Positions 10,306 through 19,881 of a stretch of 64,000 nucleotides of DNA are shown here, piece after piece. Made by a program: the position numbers and the translations under genes. The notes under the pieces were generated by a model that did no database searches, was not told the origin of the DNA, and worked only from the letters and a program-made list of their open reading frames with translations. Source of the DNA: Caldisericaceae bacterium (GTDB lineage: Bacteria > Caldisericota > Caldisericia > Caldisericales > Caldisericaceae); assembly GCA_049967855.1 (NCBI GenBank), contig JBMFRX010000002.1, positions 32,001 to 96,000 of the forward strand. The letters run 5' to 3'. Numbering within the stretch: position 1 is the stretch's first letter; the number at the start of each line of letters is the position of its first letter.

Positions 10306-11941
10306 TCTAAAATTCCCAGAAGAACTAACTTTTCTTCCCGCTGTTCCAGGTGTTTATTTAATGAAGGACCTGAGCGGGAAGATTATTTATGTAGGTAAGG
10401 CTAAATCACTCAAGCACAGAGTTGCCTCTTACAGGCATCCTCATGATCCCAAGACGGCGGCTCTGTCTTCTAACATAGCTACTGTTGAATTCATTGTCAC
10501 CTCTTCACAGGACGAAGCATTGTTGCTCGAAAACAACCTAATCAAGAAATATCTACCTCACTATAATATAAGGCTTGTAGATGACGAGAACTATCCTTAT
10601 ATTAAAATAACGGATGAGAAGTATCCGCGCATGATGAAAGTTTACCATATCAGAGGAGAAAATGGCTTTTATTTTGGACCTTTTCCTTACGGTCGTGCAG
10701 TTGACCTTACTATTAAAGCTATTCGCAAAATTTTTCCTGTCAGGACTTGCAATGTCAAAATCAACGACAAGAAGCCTATCACTCCTTGCCTTGCATATCA
10801 CATAGGTTTGTGCACTGCTCCTTGTGCCAACAAGATTAGTGAAAAGGAATATGCAACGATTGTAGATTCGCTTAAACGTTTTCTAAATGGCGAAACAAAT
10901 GGCGTAATAAAACAACTAAATTCATTACTTGACGAAGCAAAAAATAATATGAAGTTTGAAGAGGCTATTATTTACCGTGACGAACTGAAAAGCATTGCGT
11001 CTCTGATGGAAAAACAACGCGTAGTTGTCAATCAAAATGTTTCTTTCGATGTGTTTGCAATGGAAGTTGGTGAAAAGCTTTCTTGTGTTGTAAAGGTGAG
11101 CGTTCGTAGCGGCAGAGTTCTTGCATCCTATCCTTTCATAATCAATACTCCAAAATATGATACGAAAGGAGAGATTATACAGCAATTCATTATGATGTAT
11201 CCTTTTCATGCACAGGCCGATAAGATTTATTTTGACTTGTCAATTCCAAATAGAGTTTCTTTGGAGCATTTTATCTATGAAAAAACAGGTCGCAAGGTAT
11301 CTCTATTGAAAGCTCGTGGTGCTTTGTTTAAAGATATACTTTCCTTTGCACACGATAATGCTAAGACTCAGCTTTTAAGCTATTTAGAGAAGCACAACGG
11401 ACTGGCTGAAGAGCATTTAATGTTATCAATAAAGGATTTGCTTAGACTTACGCGCATTCCCAGAAGGATTGAGGGGTATGATATTTCTAATGTAAGTGGG
11501 GTGTTTGCAGTTGGCTCAATGGTTGTTTTTGAGAATGCAAAACCATCGAAAAAAGAGTACAGGAAGTTCCGAATTCGTCTCTTCAATAAGCCTAATGATT
11601 ATGGGATGATGTTTGAAGTACTTGCGCGGCGTTTCAAAGAAAAAGACGCTAATTTTGCTTCCTCAAAACCAGATTTACTTTTAATTGATGGAGGGCTTGG
11701 TCAACTTGCCGTAGCTTCCAAAGTTAAGTCGTTCCTGAATGTAGATGTTGACATTGCCTCTATTGCCAAGAAGGAAGAGCTTATATATGTTGAGGGTTGT
11801 AAAGAACCAATAAAGTTAGAGAAAGGTTCTAAGGAGCTTATGTTGCTTCAGCAAGTGAGAGATGAGTCTCATAGATTTGCCAAAGCTTATTTTTCAAAAT
11901 TGCATATCAAGAGTATAAATCAAACAAAAAAAAGGAGTTGA
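10295..11941 (+). CDS. uvrC: Excinuclease ABC subunit C, lacking the C-terminal HhH domain
   Basis: GIY-YIG (PGVYLM..IYVGKAK), Cys cluster, UVR domain, RNase H-like domain (IEGYDISN, LIDGGLGQ, RDESHRFA). Confidence 0.95.
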   Translation: MQNSLKFPEELTFLPAVPGVYLMKDLSGKIIYVGKAKSLKHRVASYRHPHDPKTAALSSNIATVEFIVTSSQDEALLLENNLIKKYLPHYNIRLVDDENYPYIKITDEKYPRMMKVYHIRGENGFYFGPFPYGRAVDLTIKAIRKIFPVRTCNVKINDKKPITPCLAYHIGLCTAPCANKISEKEYATIVDSLKRFLNGETNGVIKQLNSLLDEAKNNMKFEEAIIYRDELKSIASLMEKQRVVVNQNVSFDVFAMEVGEKLSCVVKVSVRSGRVLASYPFIINTPKYDTKGEIIQQFIMMYPFHAQADKIYFDLSIPNRVSLEHFIYEKTGRKVSLLKARGALFKDILSFAHDNAKTQLLSYLEKHNGLAEEHLMLSIKDLLRLTRIPRRIEGYDISNVSGVFAVGSMVVFENAKPSKKEYRKFRIRLFNKPNDYGMMFEVLARRFKEKDANFASSKPDLLLIDGGLGQLAVASKVKSFLNVDVDIASIAKKEELIYVEGCKEPIKLEKGSKELMLLQQVRDESHRFAKAYFSKLHIKSINQTKKRS

Positions 11942-11947
11942 TGTTAA

Positions 11948-12304
11948 ATGAAGTCACGTTTCATATGGGGATTGTTTATTAACTCGGTGGCTTTTTATCT
12001 TGTGAGCCTTGTTGTTCCTGGGTTCGTTTTCACTAACACTGTCTCAATTATCATTGCAGCATTAGTGCTTGGTATTGCAAACACAATTATAAAACCCATT
12101 TTCATGCTAATTTCAATACCTTTCACTATACTTACGCTTGGCCTATTTATCTTTGTTGTAAATGGAATAGTTATAGAGATAGTAGCATTTCTTTCGCCAG
12201 GCTTTTCGATAACATCTTTTGGAACAGCGGTTTTAGGAGCCTTTCTACTTTCTGTGTTCAGCACTGTTCTCACGTGGTTGTTGTTTCCAAAGAGGGTTGG
12301 CTAA
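11948..12304 (+). CDS. YvlD/DUF360-type 4-TM membrane protein (phage holin family 4-like)
   Basis: AALVLGIANTIIKPI...LTLGLFIFVVNG signature, four hydrophobic helices. Confidence 0.85.
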   Translation: MKSRFIWGLFINSVAFYLVSLVVPGFVFTNTVSIIIAALVLGIANTIIKPIFMLISIPFTILTLGLFIFVVNGIVIEIVAFLSPGFSITSFGTAVLGAFLLSVFSTVLTWLLFPKRVG

Positions 12305-13561
12305 TTGGGTAGCAAAGTAGTTCTTGTAGAAACAATTGAGCCTCAGAGAAAAATAATTTCAGAGGAATTGTTTAACGAATTTAGGCTTCTAATAGAAACT
12401 CTTAGCTTTGAGATTGTTGTTGAGACAAGTCAGGTGATAAAAGATGTTAATTTCGGCTACTTCATCGGGAAAGGCAAAGTAGAAGAAATAAAGCAAATTG
12501 TTAGACTAACCGCTGCCAATTATGTTTTCATAGATGCTTCGCTTACGTATCTTCAGCTTAAAAATTTGACTCGCGAAATAGGAGTTCCCTGTATTGATCG
12601 ACCAAGGCTCATATTAATGATTTTTTCCAAACGTGCTAAAACTGCTGAAGGGAAAATAGAGGTTGAACTGTCAGAACTAAAGATGCGATTGCCCGAAATA
12701 GTGCACAGTGACACCAATCTTGACCAGCAAACTGCTTCACTAATGGGGCTCAAAGGTCCAGGGGAAAGAAAAACTGAGCTTAAACGCAGGTATATAGAAA
12801 AAAGGATTCAATCATTGGAAGACAAGCTGAAAGTGATTAAGAAAAATAGAGAAGAACGAAGAAAAAAGCGAAAGAAAAGTGGAGTACCTCTTGTAGCAAT
12901 TGTTGGATACACGAATAGTGGAAAATCAACCATTATGAACAGGCTCTCTTCCGTCAATGATGCTTACGTGGAGGATATGCCTTTTGCAACACTCGACACA
13001 CTTGTACGCGATACTGATTTTGGAGATAATTTCCATGTTTTACTCATAGATACGATTGGTTTTATTAGAGACCTTCCACACTCTCTCATTTATTCTTTTC
13101 ATTCTACTCTTGAAGAAATACTTGATGCCTGGCTTCTTCTGAACGTAACAGATATCTCAGATGCAAACTTTCCTGAGAAAATGCAAACTGTTGCTGAAAC
13201 CGTTGAAGAGCTTGGAGCGAAGGATATACCAGTAATTAATGTTTTCAACAAAACAGATAAAGTCTCTGAGGATACGTTGAATGAGCTAAAATGCAAATTC
13301 AAAGATGCGGTTTTTGTTTCAGCGCTCAAAGGAGATGGAATTTCGGATTTGAAAAGTGCTATCGAATCAATGCTCGGCAAGTCACTCGTAAGAGAAAACA
13401 TTTTCATCCCATCTGACAGAGTGGATGTATTGAATTCTTTAGAGCAGTTTGGAAGAATACTTTCAAGAAGAGTTCTACCCACAGGGTTTGTCCTGGAGGT
13501 GGAAGCTCCACTTAAAGAACTAAAATCATTCAGCGCCTATTTTATAAAGAGCAAAGAGTAA
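12305..13561 (+). CDS. hflX: Ribosome-splitting GTPase HflX
   Basis: GKGKVEEI, GPGERKTE, GYTNSGKST, FATLD, DTIGF, NKTD. Confidence 0.96.
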   Translation: MGSKVVLVETIEPQRKIISEELFNEFRLLIETLSFEIVVETSQVIKDVNFGYFIGKGKVEEIKQIVRLTAANYVFIDASLTYLQLKNLTREIGVPCIDRPRLILMIFSKRAKTAEGKIEVELSELKMRLPEIVHSDTNLDQQTASLMGLKGPGERKTELKRRYIEKRIQSLEDKLKVIKKNREERRKKRKKSGVPLVAIVGYTNSGKSTIMNRLSSVNDAYVEDMPFATLDTLVRDTDFGDNFHVLLIDTIGFIRDLPHSLIYSFHSTLEEILDAWLLLNVTDISDANFPEKMQTVAETVEELGAKDIPVINVFNKTDKVSEDTLNELKCKFKDAVFVSALKGDGISDLKSAIESMLGKSLVRENIFIPSDRVDVLNSLEQFGRILSRRVLPTGFVLEVEAPLKELKSFSAYFIKSKE

Positions 13562-13562
13562 C

Positions 13563-13637
13563 TGGTGCGCCTGAGGAGAATTGAACTCCTATCTACGGCT
13601 CCGGAGGCCGTCGCTCTATCCGTTGGGCTACAGGCGC
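13563..13637 (-). tRNA. tRNA-Arg(CCG) with encoded CCA
   Basis: Reverse complement GCGCCTGTAGCCCAACGGATAGAGCGACGGCCTCCGGAGCCGTAGATAGGAGTTCAATTCTCCTCAGGCGCACCA folds as a cloverleaf; anticodon loop CT-CCG-GA; T-loop TTCAATT. Confidence 0.96.
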
Positions 13638-13644
13638 AGCTTTG

Positions 13645-13932
13645 CTATTTCTTTATGAGTATCGAATATAAAGCGAGTATTGCGATGAGAACCGAGATTA
13701 CAGTGTGTAACCTTCCAATAGCTATTGAGCTTTTTACAAAAACAAAGATGATTAAAAGTATGCCAAGAATAACTCGCAGCAATAAACGTGCAAACGGTTT
13801 TGGGTATAACAGACCAAAGAATATAAGAACAACTCCCACAGAAACATAAACAAGAACATTCAAATAAGTTTCTTTTATTAGGCTCGAAAGAATTAATGCC
13901 ACGGCAGCTATGATAACTGCTAACGCATCCAT
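13645..13932 (-). CDS. Small hypothetical membrane protein (about 4 TM)
   Basis: Highly hydrophobic 95 aa ORF starting 1 nt after the fur-family stop codon. Confidence 0.7.
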   Translation of the reverse strand: MDALAVIIAAVALILSSLIKETYLNVLVYVSVGVVLIFFGLLYPKPFARLLLRVILGILLIIFVFVKSSIAIGRLHTVISVLIAILALYSILIKK

Positions 13933-13933
13933 T

Positions 13934-14350
13934 TTACTTTTTGTTCTTACAGTCTTTGCACAAACCGTATATATTTAAAGATGTTTCCTGTATTTCCCAT
14001 CCTTGGGCTTCTGCAAGTTTTCGAAGATCAGAGAAGTCAAATGGCAAATCCTGAATTTTGCCGCATTTTAAACAAATTAGGTGTACATGATCTTGTGTGT
14101 TACCATCATATCGTTTCTTATTTTCTGTTGTTGCAAGCTCTTTAACAACACCTTTTTTGACAAACAGGTTAACAACGTTATAAATGGTAGCGTAGCTTAT
14201 ACCTGGCAACTCTTTCTTTACGCCGCTGTAGATTTCATATATAGACGGATGTGTATAATTGTTTTTCAGGTAATTATAAATTGCAAGCCTCGTTTTTGTT
14301 ACTTTAAGGTTATTTTCCTTAAGCAATATTTTCAATTCTGTATCTTTCAT
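13934..14350 (-). CDS. Fur-family transcriptional regulator (PerR-like)
   Basis: HPSIYEIY, SYATIYN, RYDGN..HVHLICLKCG, GLCKDC zinc site. Confidence 0.93.
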   Translation of the reverse strand: MKDTELKILLKENNLKVTKTRLAIYNYLKNNYTHPSIYEIYSGVKKELPGISYATIYNVVNLFVKKGVVKELATTENKKRYDGNTQDHVHLICLKCGKIQDLPFDFSDLRKLAEAQGWEIQETSLNIYGLCKDCKNKK

Positions 14351-14390
14351 AGCACATATTATATTTATATTTCAAATTATTACAAAACAA

Positions 14391-14972
14391 TTATTTACAA
14401 TGACCTTCTAGTTTCTGTTTCTCTGCTCTCTTGTAAACCACAAGTTGTCCAAAATCTTCTGGGACTATTTCAAGAATTTCAAAAGGCAGATTTTTAGCAT
14501 CTTCAATCTCTTGAGAGATTTCTGTCTTTTTGCCAAGAACTACAAGAGAGGTTTCTTTGGTAACAGGCAAACTCCAAGAAAGAACAGTTCTTATTCTGTT
14601 GACTGCTCTTGCGCAAACAACGTCAAAATGCTCGTTCAATTTTTTGAGATCATTTGCGTCAATATTGAAAAGCTTAACGTTTTCAAGGTCAAGATAAGTT
14701 TTAACCTGACTTAGAAAGTCTATATGGGTCTTTTTCCTATCAACAAGATAAAATGATGCCGAAGGCATCATAATTGAAAGTGGTATTCCTGGAAACCCAA
14801 CGCCTGTCCCAATATCCAGTACTTTATCACCGCTCTTAACATACGGAAGATATATTTTTGCTTCCTCGACATGTTTGCTCATTAGAGCGTGTTTCTCGAG
14901 TGGTGACATTGTCACTGCACGTTTTGGCGCTTTCATGATGAGCTCTAAATACATTTCAATTTTATCCTGCAT
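14391..14972 (-). CDS. rsmG: 16S rRNA m7G527 methyltransferase
   Basis: LDIGTGVGFPGIPL, FDVVCARAV. ATG 14972 follows GGAGG; ORF track gives 14990. Confidence 0.92.
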   Translation of the reverse strand: MQDKIEMYLELIMKAPKRAVTMSPLEKHALMSKHVEEAKIYLPYVKSGDKVLDIGTGVGFPGIPLSIMMPSASFYLVDRKKTHIDFLSQVKTYLDLENVKLFNIDANDLKKLNEHFDVVCARAVNRIRTVLSWSLPVTKETSLVVLGKKTEISQEIEDAKNLPFEILEIVPEDFGQLVVYKRAEKQKLEGHCK

Positions 14973-15224
14973 AGTAACTTTTTCCTCCAAATTATCTGCT
15001 TCTCACTCAAGTTTGGAAATTTCACATCATTTATTGCCTAATTCAAAGATATTGAAGAACCCGACTACATCAATACAATTTTATACATAAAGAAGCAATA
15101 TTAAAACAGCAGGAGATGTTTTTGCGGATAAAATAGTGTTTGAGAATTTATTGTCTTGTCCTTAAGTTGCTGATTCCCGTAGCGTCCTTTTGTAAATTTG
15201 AATTTTCATTTATAATAATTTGTT

Positions 15225-17102
15225 ATGAATATTAGAATATACGGTGTCATAGTTGTTGGCGGTGGACATGCGGGTGTTGAGGCTGCTCTTGCTTCTGCAA
15301 GGATGGGAGTGGAGACATTGCTTGTCACTATCGATAATGATAGTTTTGGATGGATGCCGTGCAACCCGTCGATAGGAGGCCCTGGTAAATCTCAAGTGGT
15401 CCGTGAAATAGACGCGCTTGGCGGGGCAATGGCACTGAATACAGATGAAACTCTCACTCAGATTAAAATGCTTAACATGTCACGTGGTCCGGCAGTATGG
15501 AGTTTGCGGGCACAGGCAGACAAGTGGCAGTATTCTCTTGGAATGAAAAGAAGAGTTGAAAATCAAAACCACTTGCACCTTAGGCAGGGAACTGTTGACA
15601 GACTCATTGTTGAAGCTGATAGAGTAAAAGGTATCGTAACTGCAGACAATACAGAATTTTATGCAGATGCTGTTGTGCTAACGGCTGGCACATACCTCAA
15701 AGGAAGAATTTATATTTCTACATGGTCGGCTCCTGCAGGACGCTGGTCAGAACCACCTTCAAACTCTCTTTCTGACAACCTGAAGGAACTCGGATTCAGA
15801 ATGAGTCGTTTTAATACGGGAACCACGCCGAGGATTGACAAAAGAAGCATAGACCTTTCGAAGTTTGAAGAGGAAAAGGGCGATTTTGTTCCTCTGCATT
15901 TCTCTTTTTGGAATAAGCCGAAGGTTTATGAAGGGCAAATTTCTTCTTATCTTGGTTGGACTAATGAAAAGACTATTGAAGTAACCAGAAAGTATATGAA
16001 CCTCTCACCTTCAGTGATGGGTATTATGGTCAAGACAGGCCCGCGTACCTGCCCCTCTATGGAGGAAAAGGTTCGTTGGTTCCCTGACAAAATTCGCCAC
16101 CAGTTTTTCCTTGAACCAGAGGGATTTAATACTAATGAAATATATATGCAGGGAATGTATATGTCGATGCCTTACCCTTATCAGGTAGAGCTCTTGCAGA
16201 CTATCCCAGGCCTGGAAAATGTCGATATTATAAGACCAGCATATGTTATTGATTACGATTACGTTATTCCAACACAGCTCAGTCTGAACTATGAGACTAA
16301 AGTCATTGAAGGGCTTTTCATAGCGGGACAACCCAACGGAAGCACTGGTTATGATGAAGCAGCAGGACAGGGACTGCTTGCAGGAATCAACGCTGCATTA
16401 AAAGTCCAGGGGAAAGAGCCTTTTGTAATAAAGAGAAACGAAGGATACTTAGGCGTAATGACTGACGACATTCTTACAAAAGAATTATTTGAGCCATATA
16501 GAATTACCCCGTCTCATTGTGAGTATAGACTTCTTCTGAGAGAAGACAACGCTGACTTACGTCTTACAAGAAAAGGTTATGAATTGGGAGTTATAGAAGA
16601 GGACAAATACGCAATATTTCTTGAGAAGGAACGTATGATTTCTGAAGTGCGCGAGGCGCTTGAACTAAAACTTCTGACTCCAAACATCGAGACAGCCAAG
16701 AAACTGAAAGAGCTTGGAATCCAGGAAATAAGTCAACCTATGAAGCTTTTTGAGCTGCTCAGACGGCAGGACTTCACTAAAGATAGCCTTAAGCAACTTG
16801 ACCCAAGGTTCGCAGGTTATCCCGATGAAATACTTGAAATTGTAGAAACTGAGGCAAAATATGCAGGATACATTGCGCGTGAAACAAGTAAAGCAAAGGA
16901 GTTCGCAAGGCTCGATGATTTTCTCATTCCTAATGATTTGGACTATAATTTGGTGCCATCTCTTTCAAAGGAAGGAAGAACACGGCTTGCCCAAATAAAG
17001 CCTGCTTCGCTTGGCCAGGCAATGAGAATTTCAGGAGTTAGGCCAGCTGACATTCAGATGCTGGTCCTCTATATAAAGAATTCAGGAGGTAATAATGAAT
17101 AA
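15225..17102 (+). CDS. mnmG: tRNA uridine-5-carboxymethylaminomethyl modification enzyme
   Basis: [59 protein letters not shown]. Confidence 0.97.
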   Translation: MNIRIYGVIVVGGGHAGVEAALASARMGVETLLVTIDNDSFGWMPCNPSIGGPGKSQVVREIDALGGAMALNTDETLTQIKMLNMSRGPAVWSLRAQADKWQYSLGMKRRVENQNHLHLRQGTVDRLIVEADRVKGIVTADNTEFYADAVVLTAGTYLKGRIYISTWSAPAGRWSEPPSNSLSDNLKELGFRMSRFNTGTTPRIDKRSIDLSKFEEEKGDFVPLHFSFWNKPKVYEGQISSYLGWTNEKTIEVTRKYMNLSPSVMGIMVKTGPRTCPSMEEKVRWFPDKIRHQFFLEPEGFNTNEIYMQGMYMSMPYPYQVELLQTIPGLENVDIIRPAYVIDYDYVIPTQLSLNYETKVIEGLFIAGQPNGSTGYDEAAGQGLLAGINAALKVQGKEPFVIKRNEGYLGVMTDDILTKELFEPYRITPSHCEYRLLLREDNADLRLTRKGYELGVIEEDKYAIFLEKERMISEVREALELKLLTPNIETAKKLKELGIQEISQPMKLFELLRRQDFTKDSLKQLDPRFAGYPDEILEIVETEAKYAGYIARETSKAKEFARLDDFLIPNDLDYNLVPSLSKEGRTRLAQIKPASLGQAMRISGVRPADIQMLVLYIKNSGGNNE

Positions 17103-17847
17103 CTTCAAAGTTGTTTTTGTTAGACATGGTGAAAGCGAGTGGAACAAGGAAAACCGTTTCACCGGATGGACCGATGTTGACTTGTCTCAAAAAGGTCTTG
17201 ACGAAGCCCATTTTGCTGCAGATTTGCTTAAAAAGCAAGGTTTAACATTTGATATCTCTTTCACATCTGTTTTAAAGAGGGCTATAAAGACGTTGTGGAT
17301 TATGCTTGAAGACTTGGATTTGATGTGGATCCCCGAATTTAAAAGTTGGAGATTAAACGAGAGGCATTATGGAGCATTACAAGGTTTAAACAAGATAGAA
17401 ATGGTAAAGCAGTATGGGGAGGAGCAAGTTTTGATTTGGAGAAGGTCTTATGATGTTCCACCCCCAAAACTCGAACCATCAGATCCTCGAAATCCCGCCT
17501 TCGATAGCAGGTATAGTGACTTAACAACAAATGAGCTTCCTTTAAGCGAATCGCTCAAGGATACTCTTGCAAGGGCTGTCCCTTATTGGGAAAATGTCAT
17601 AGTTCCGAAAATCAAAGAGGGCAAAAGAGTTATTGTCTCAGCCCATGGTAATAGTCTTAGAGCAATCGTGAAATATATTGACAATGTTTCTAATGAAGAA
17701 ATCACTGGTTTGAATATTCCTACTGGTATACCTTTTATCTACGAGTTTGATGAAAATATGGAGCCTTTAAAACACTATTATCTTGCAGATGAAGCTACCG
17801 TAAAAGCAGCCGCAGAGAAGGTTGCTTCTCAGACAAAAGAGAATTAG
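17095..17847 (+). CDS. gpmA: 2,3-BPG-dependent phosphoglycerate mutase
   Basis: [34 protein letters not shown]. Confidence 0.97.
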   Translation: MNNFKVVFVRHGESEWNKENRFTGWTDVDLSQKGLDEAHFAADLLKKQGLTFDISFTSVLKRAIKTLWIMLEDLDLMWIPEFKSWRLNERHYGALQGLNKIEMVKQYGEEQVLIWRRSYDVPPPKLEPSDPRNPAFDSRYSDLTTNELPLSESLKDTLARAVPYWENVIVPKIKEGKRVIVSAHGNSLRAIVKYIDNVSNEEITGLNIPTGIPFIYEFDENMEPLKHYYLADEATVKAAAEKVASQTKEN

Positions 17848-17878
17848 CAGCAATTTAATTTTTGAGTTTATAGGTTTC

Positions 17879-17924
17879 AGGCATAAAGCAAGCAGTTTAG
17901 ATATATTGCTACTTTATGCCTTTT
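17879..17924 (+). terminator. Putative intrinsic terminator after gpmA
   Basis: AGGCATAAAG...CTTTATGCCT inverted repeat followed by TTT. Confidence 0.6.
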
Positions 17925-18116
17925 ATTCTGTACTTCCATCGTAGAAGAATGTAGATTTTTCTGAGAGGTTTTTCGATACTGCTAAATTGCTCTAGAATAA
18001 TTTCGCATTACGTTTTAGCAAAATATTATAAGTGAGAATTGTTTTTTAATATGTTATTTAACATAAACTAGGAAGCTAAGAATCAAATTCCCGTCTGTTT
18101 TCCAAACAGAACTTAG

Positions 18117-18229
18117 TTATCCACAATATCCACAAGTGCCTGTGTATAAGTTTAATTCAATGCTGACAATTTATGATATTTTTAGCATCAGTATGACGCT
18201 TTTAAATATCGAATATGAAGTTTTGCACA
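18117..18229. promoter_or_regulatory. DnaA-box cluster (oriC-like or DnaA titration site)
   Basis: TTATCCACA 18117-18125, tandem ATATCCACA 18126-18134, reverse TGTGTATAA 18141-18149, TTTTGCACA 18221-18229; AT-rich tract just upstream; inside a 410 bp convergent intergenic gap. Confidence 0.65.
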
Positions 18230-18257
18230 AGAAATTCTCGCAGGACGCACAAGATGT

Positions 18258-18953
18258 TCAAAACCTAAGTAACTCGAAAAGATATATTACTATTGGAAGA
18301 TAAACCAGAGACGGAAGCAGATTGAGCACCTTCATTTTCTTTATTGAAAGAAGCTCAAATCCTATGGCAATTATAAGTACTCCTCCTAATCCCGTCAGAT
18401 TATTTATATAAATATCTCTTGTTAGAAACTGCAAATGACTTCCAAGAAGTGTTAGACTTCCCTGGATTACAAGAACAGAAACAGCCGAAAGCATAACTCC
18501 TATTCCAAGCCCTGAAGCAAGTGTGAGTGAAGTGATACCATCCATTATTGATTTTGTATAGAGGAGAGTGGCATCTCCAGTAAGTCCTTCCTGTATTGAA
18601 CCTACCACGGTCATAGCCCCTACGCAAAATACTAAAGTTGCGGTAATGAAACCTTCAACAAAATGCGGAGAATTAGGTGATATGCGGTTCTTAATGCTTT
18701 CCATAGTGCTATCTAACCTTGAGTCAAGACGTAAGGCTTCTCCTGTGATTCCACCAACAATCAGGGATATGAAAATCTCTATTAAATTTTGAGACTTAAC
18801 AACCATTGTTATTCCGATTAGAATTGTGAAAAGGCCAATAGCCTGAAGCACTATTTGTTTGAATCGCTCTGATAGTTTACCCTGAAGCAATATACCAAGG
18901 CTGCTCCCGACGATCACTGTTGCCACATTAACAATTGTTCCTATCATCACCAC
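18258..18953 (-). CDS. DUF554 family membrane protein
   Basis: GTIVNVATVIVGS, FCVGAMTVVGSIQEG, KSIMDG. Confidence 0.9.
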   Translation of the reverse strand: MVMIGTIVNVATVIVGSSLGILLQGKLSERFKQIVLQAIGLFTILIGITMVVKSQNLIEIFISLIVGGITGEALRLDSRLDSTMESIKNRISPNSPHFVEGFITATLVFCVGAMTVVGSIQEGLTGDATLLYTKSIMDGITSLTLASGLGIGVMLSAVSVLVIQGSLTLLGSHLQFLTRDIYINNLTGLGGVLIIAIGFELLSIKKMKVLNLLPSLVYLPIVIYLFELLRF

Positions 18954-19064
18954 ACCCGCCTTATTACTCTAATTTAAGTAATTATATTGATTCTTTTGAA
19001 ATTGCAAAATGGATTATAGTTTACAAAACTAAGTGGTATAATATTTATGATTTAAGGAGGCTTT

Positions 19065-19859
19065 ATGTGTAGAATACTCTATCTTTCGGGCAACAATGGT
19101 AGCCTTGCAATTGCTAATTATTTTATAGATAGTTTTGTTGAGGCTTCCGAAAATGATGTTCTGGGCAAAGATGGTCCGATTCAGCATGGCGATGGATTTG
19201 GATACGTTATCTTTGGAGTGCATAATGGTAAGCGCAAGGAATTTTCTTTTAAAAGCATTAAGCCAGTATTCGAATCCAGTGAAGACATAAATGTTTTGAA
19301 GAGCACCTTAGGACAACTTGATAAATTTGCGCTTGGCATCCACTCAAGAAAAGCTTCGGCGGGAAGTGTAAACTTGTTTAATGTTCATCCGTTCCACTTT
19401 TCAACCAAGGCAGGCAGTTCCTTTTACTTAATGCATAATGGAACACTCAGCAAGGATAAACTTGAATCTGATGTTGGAATTGCTTCCGATAATGATTTGA
19501 CAGATTCATATATTCTTGGGTTGCTGTTGTCAAGAAAAATTGAAAAATTGGAGTCTGGTTTTGTGTTTGATTTCTTCAAAAATTCTCTGCAGTATGTGGA
19601 GTCAACTCTCAATGTAATATCAATGTTTAGGACAGTTGACAATAAGCAAAAAGCCTTTCTTACGGCTTACTCAAAAAAAGACTTTGATTACACAAAAATA
19701 TTCACGTACAAAAACGATTATACTTTTGCTTTGGCGTCGTCTACAGTGAGCCTTTATGCTGAAAAGATAGGAATTCAAATGGAGCTTCTTCAAAATGGGC
19801 AGACTGTTTTTATTGAGGATGTTTTTAAGAATGAAATAATGTTTAATTCTCTATTGTAA
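19065..19859 (+). CDS. Class II glutamine amidotransferase / Ntn-hydrolase (YafJ/EgtC-like)
   Basis: N-terminal MCR nucleophile, HGDGFG, HSRKAS, HPF, HNGT, TDS. Confidence 0.85.
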   Translation: MCRILYLSGNNGSLAIANYFIDSFVEASENDVLGKDGPIQHGDGFGYVIFGVHNGKRKEFSFKSIKPVFESSEDINVLKSTLGQLDKFALGIHSRKASAGSVNLFNVHPFHFSTKAGSSFYLMHNGTLSKDKLESDVGIASDNDLTDSYILGLLLSRKIEKLESGFVFDFFKNSLQYVESTLNVISMFRTVDNKQKAFLTAYSKKDFDYTKIFTYKNDYTFALASSTVSLYAEKIGIQMELLQNGQTVFIEDVFKNEIMFNSLL

Positions 19860-19881
19860 AATATCTTTAGGGGGTGAAAGT

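Noticed and set aside
11948..12304. Holin-family gene as a sign of a prophage
   Set aside because: YvlD/DUF360-type genes are common chromosomal genes, and no integrase, endolysin or structural phage genes are nearby.
13565..13849. 94 aa ORF on the + strand
   Set aside because: It is the antisense shadow of tRNA-Arg and the small membrane gene.
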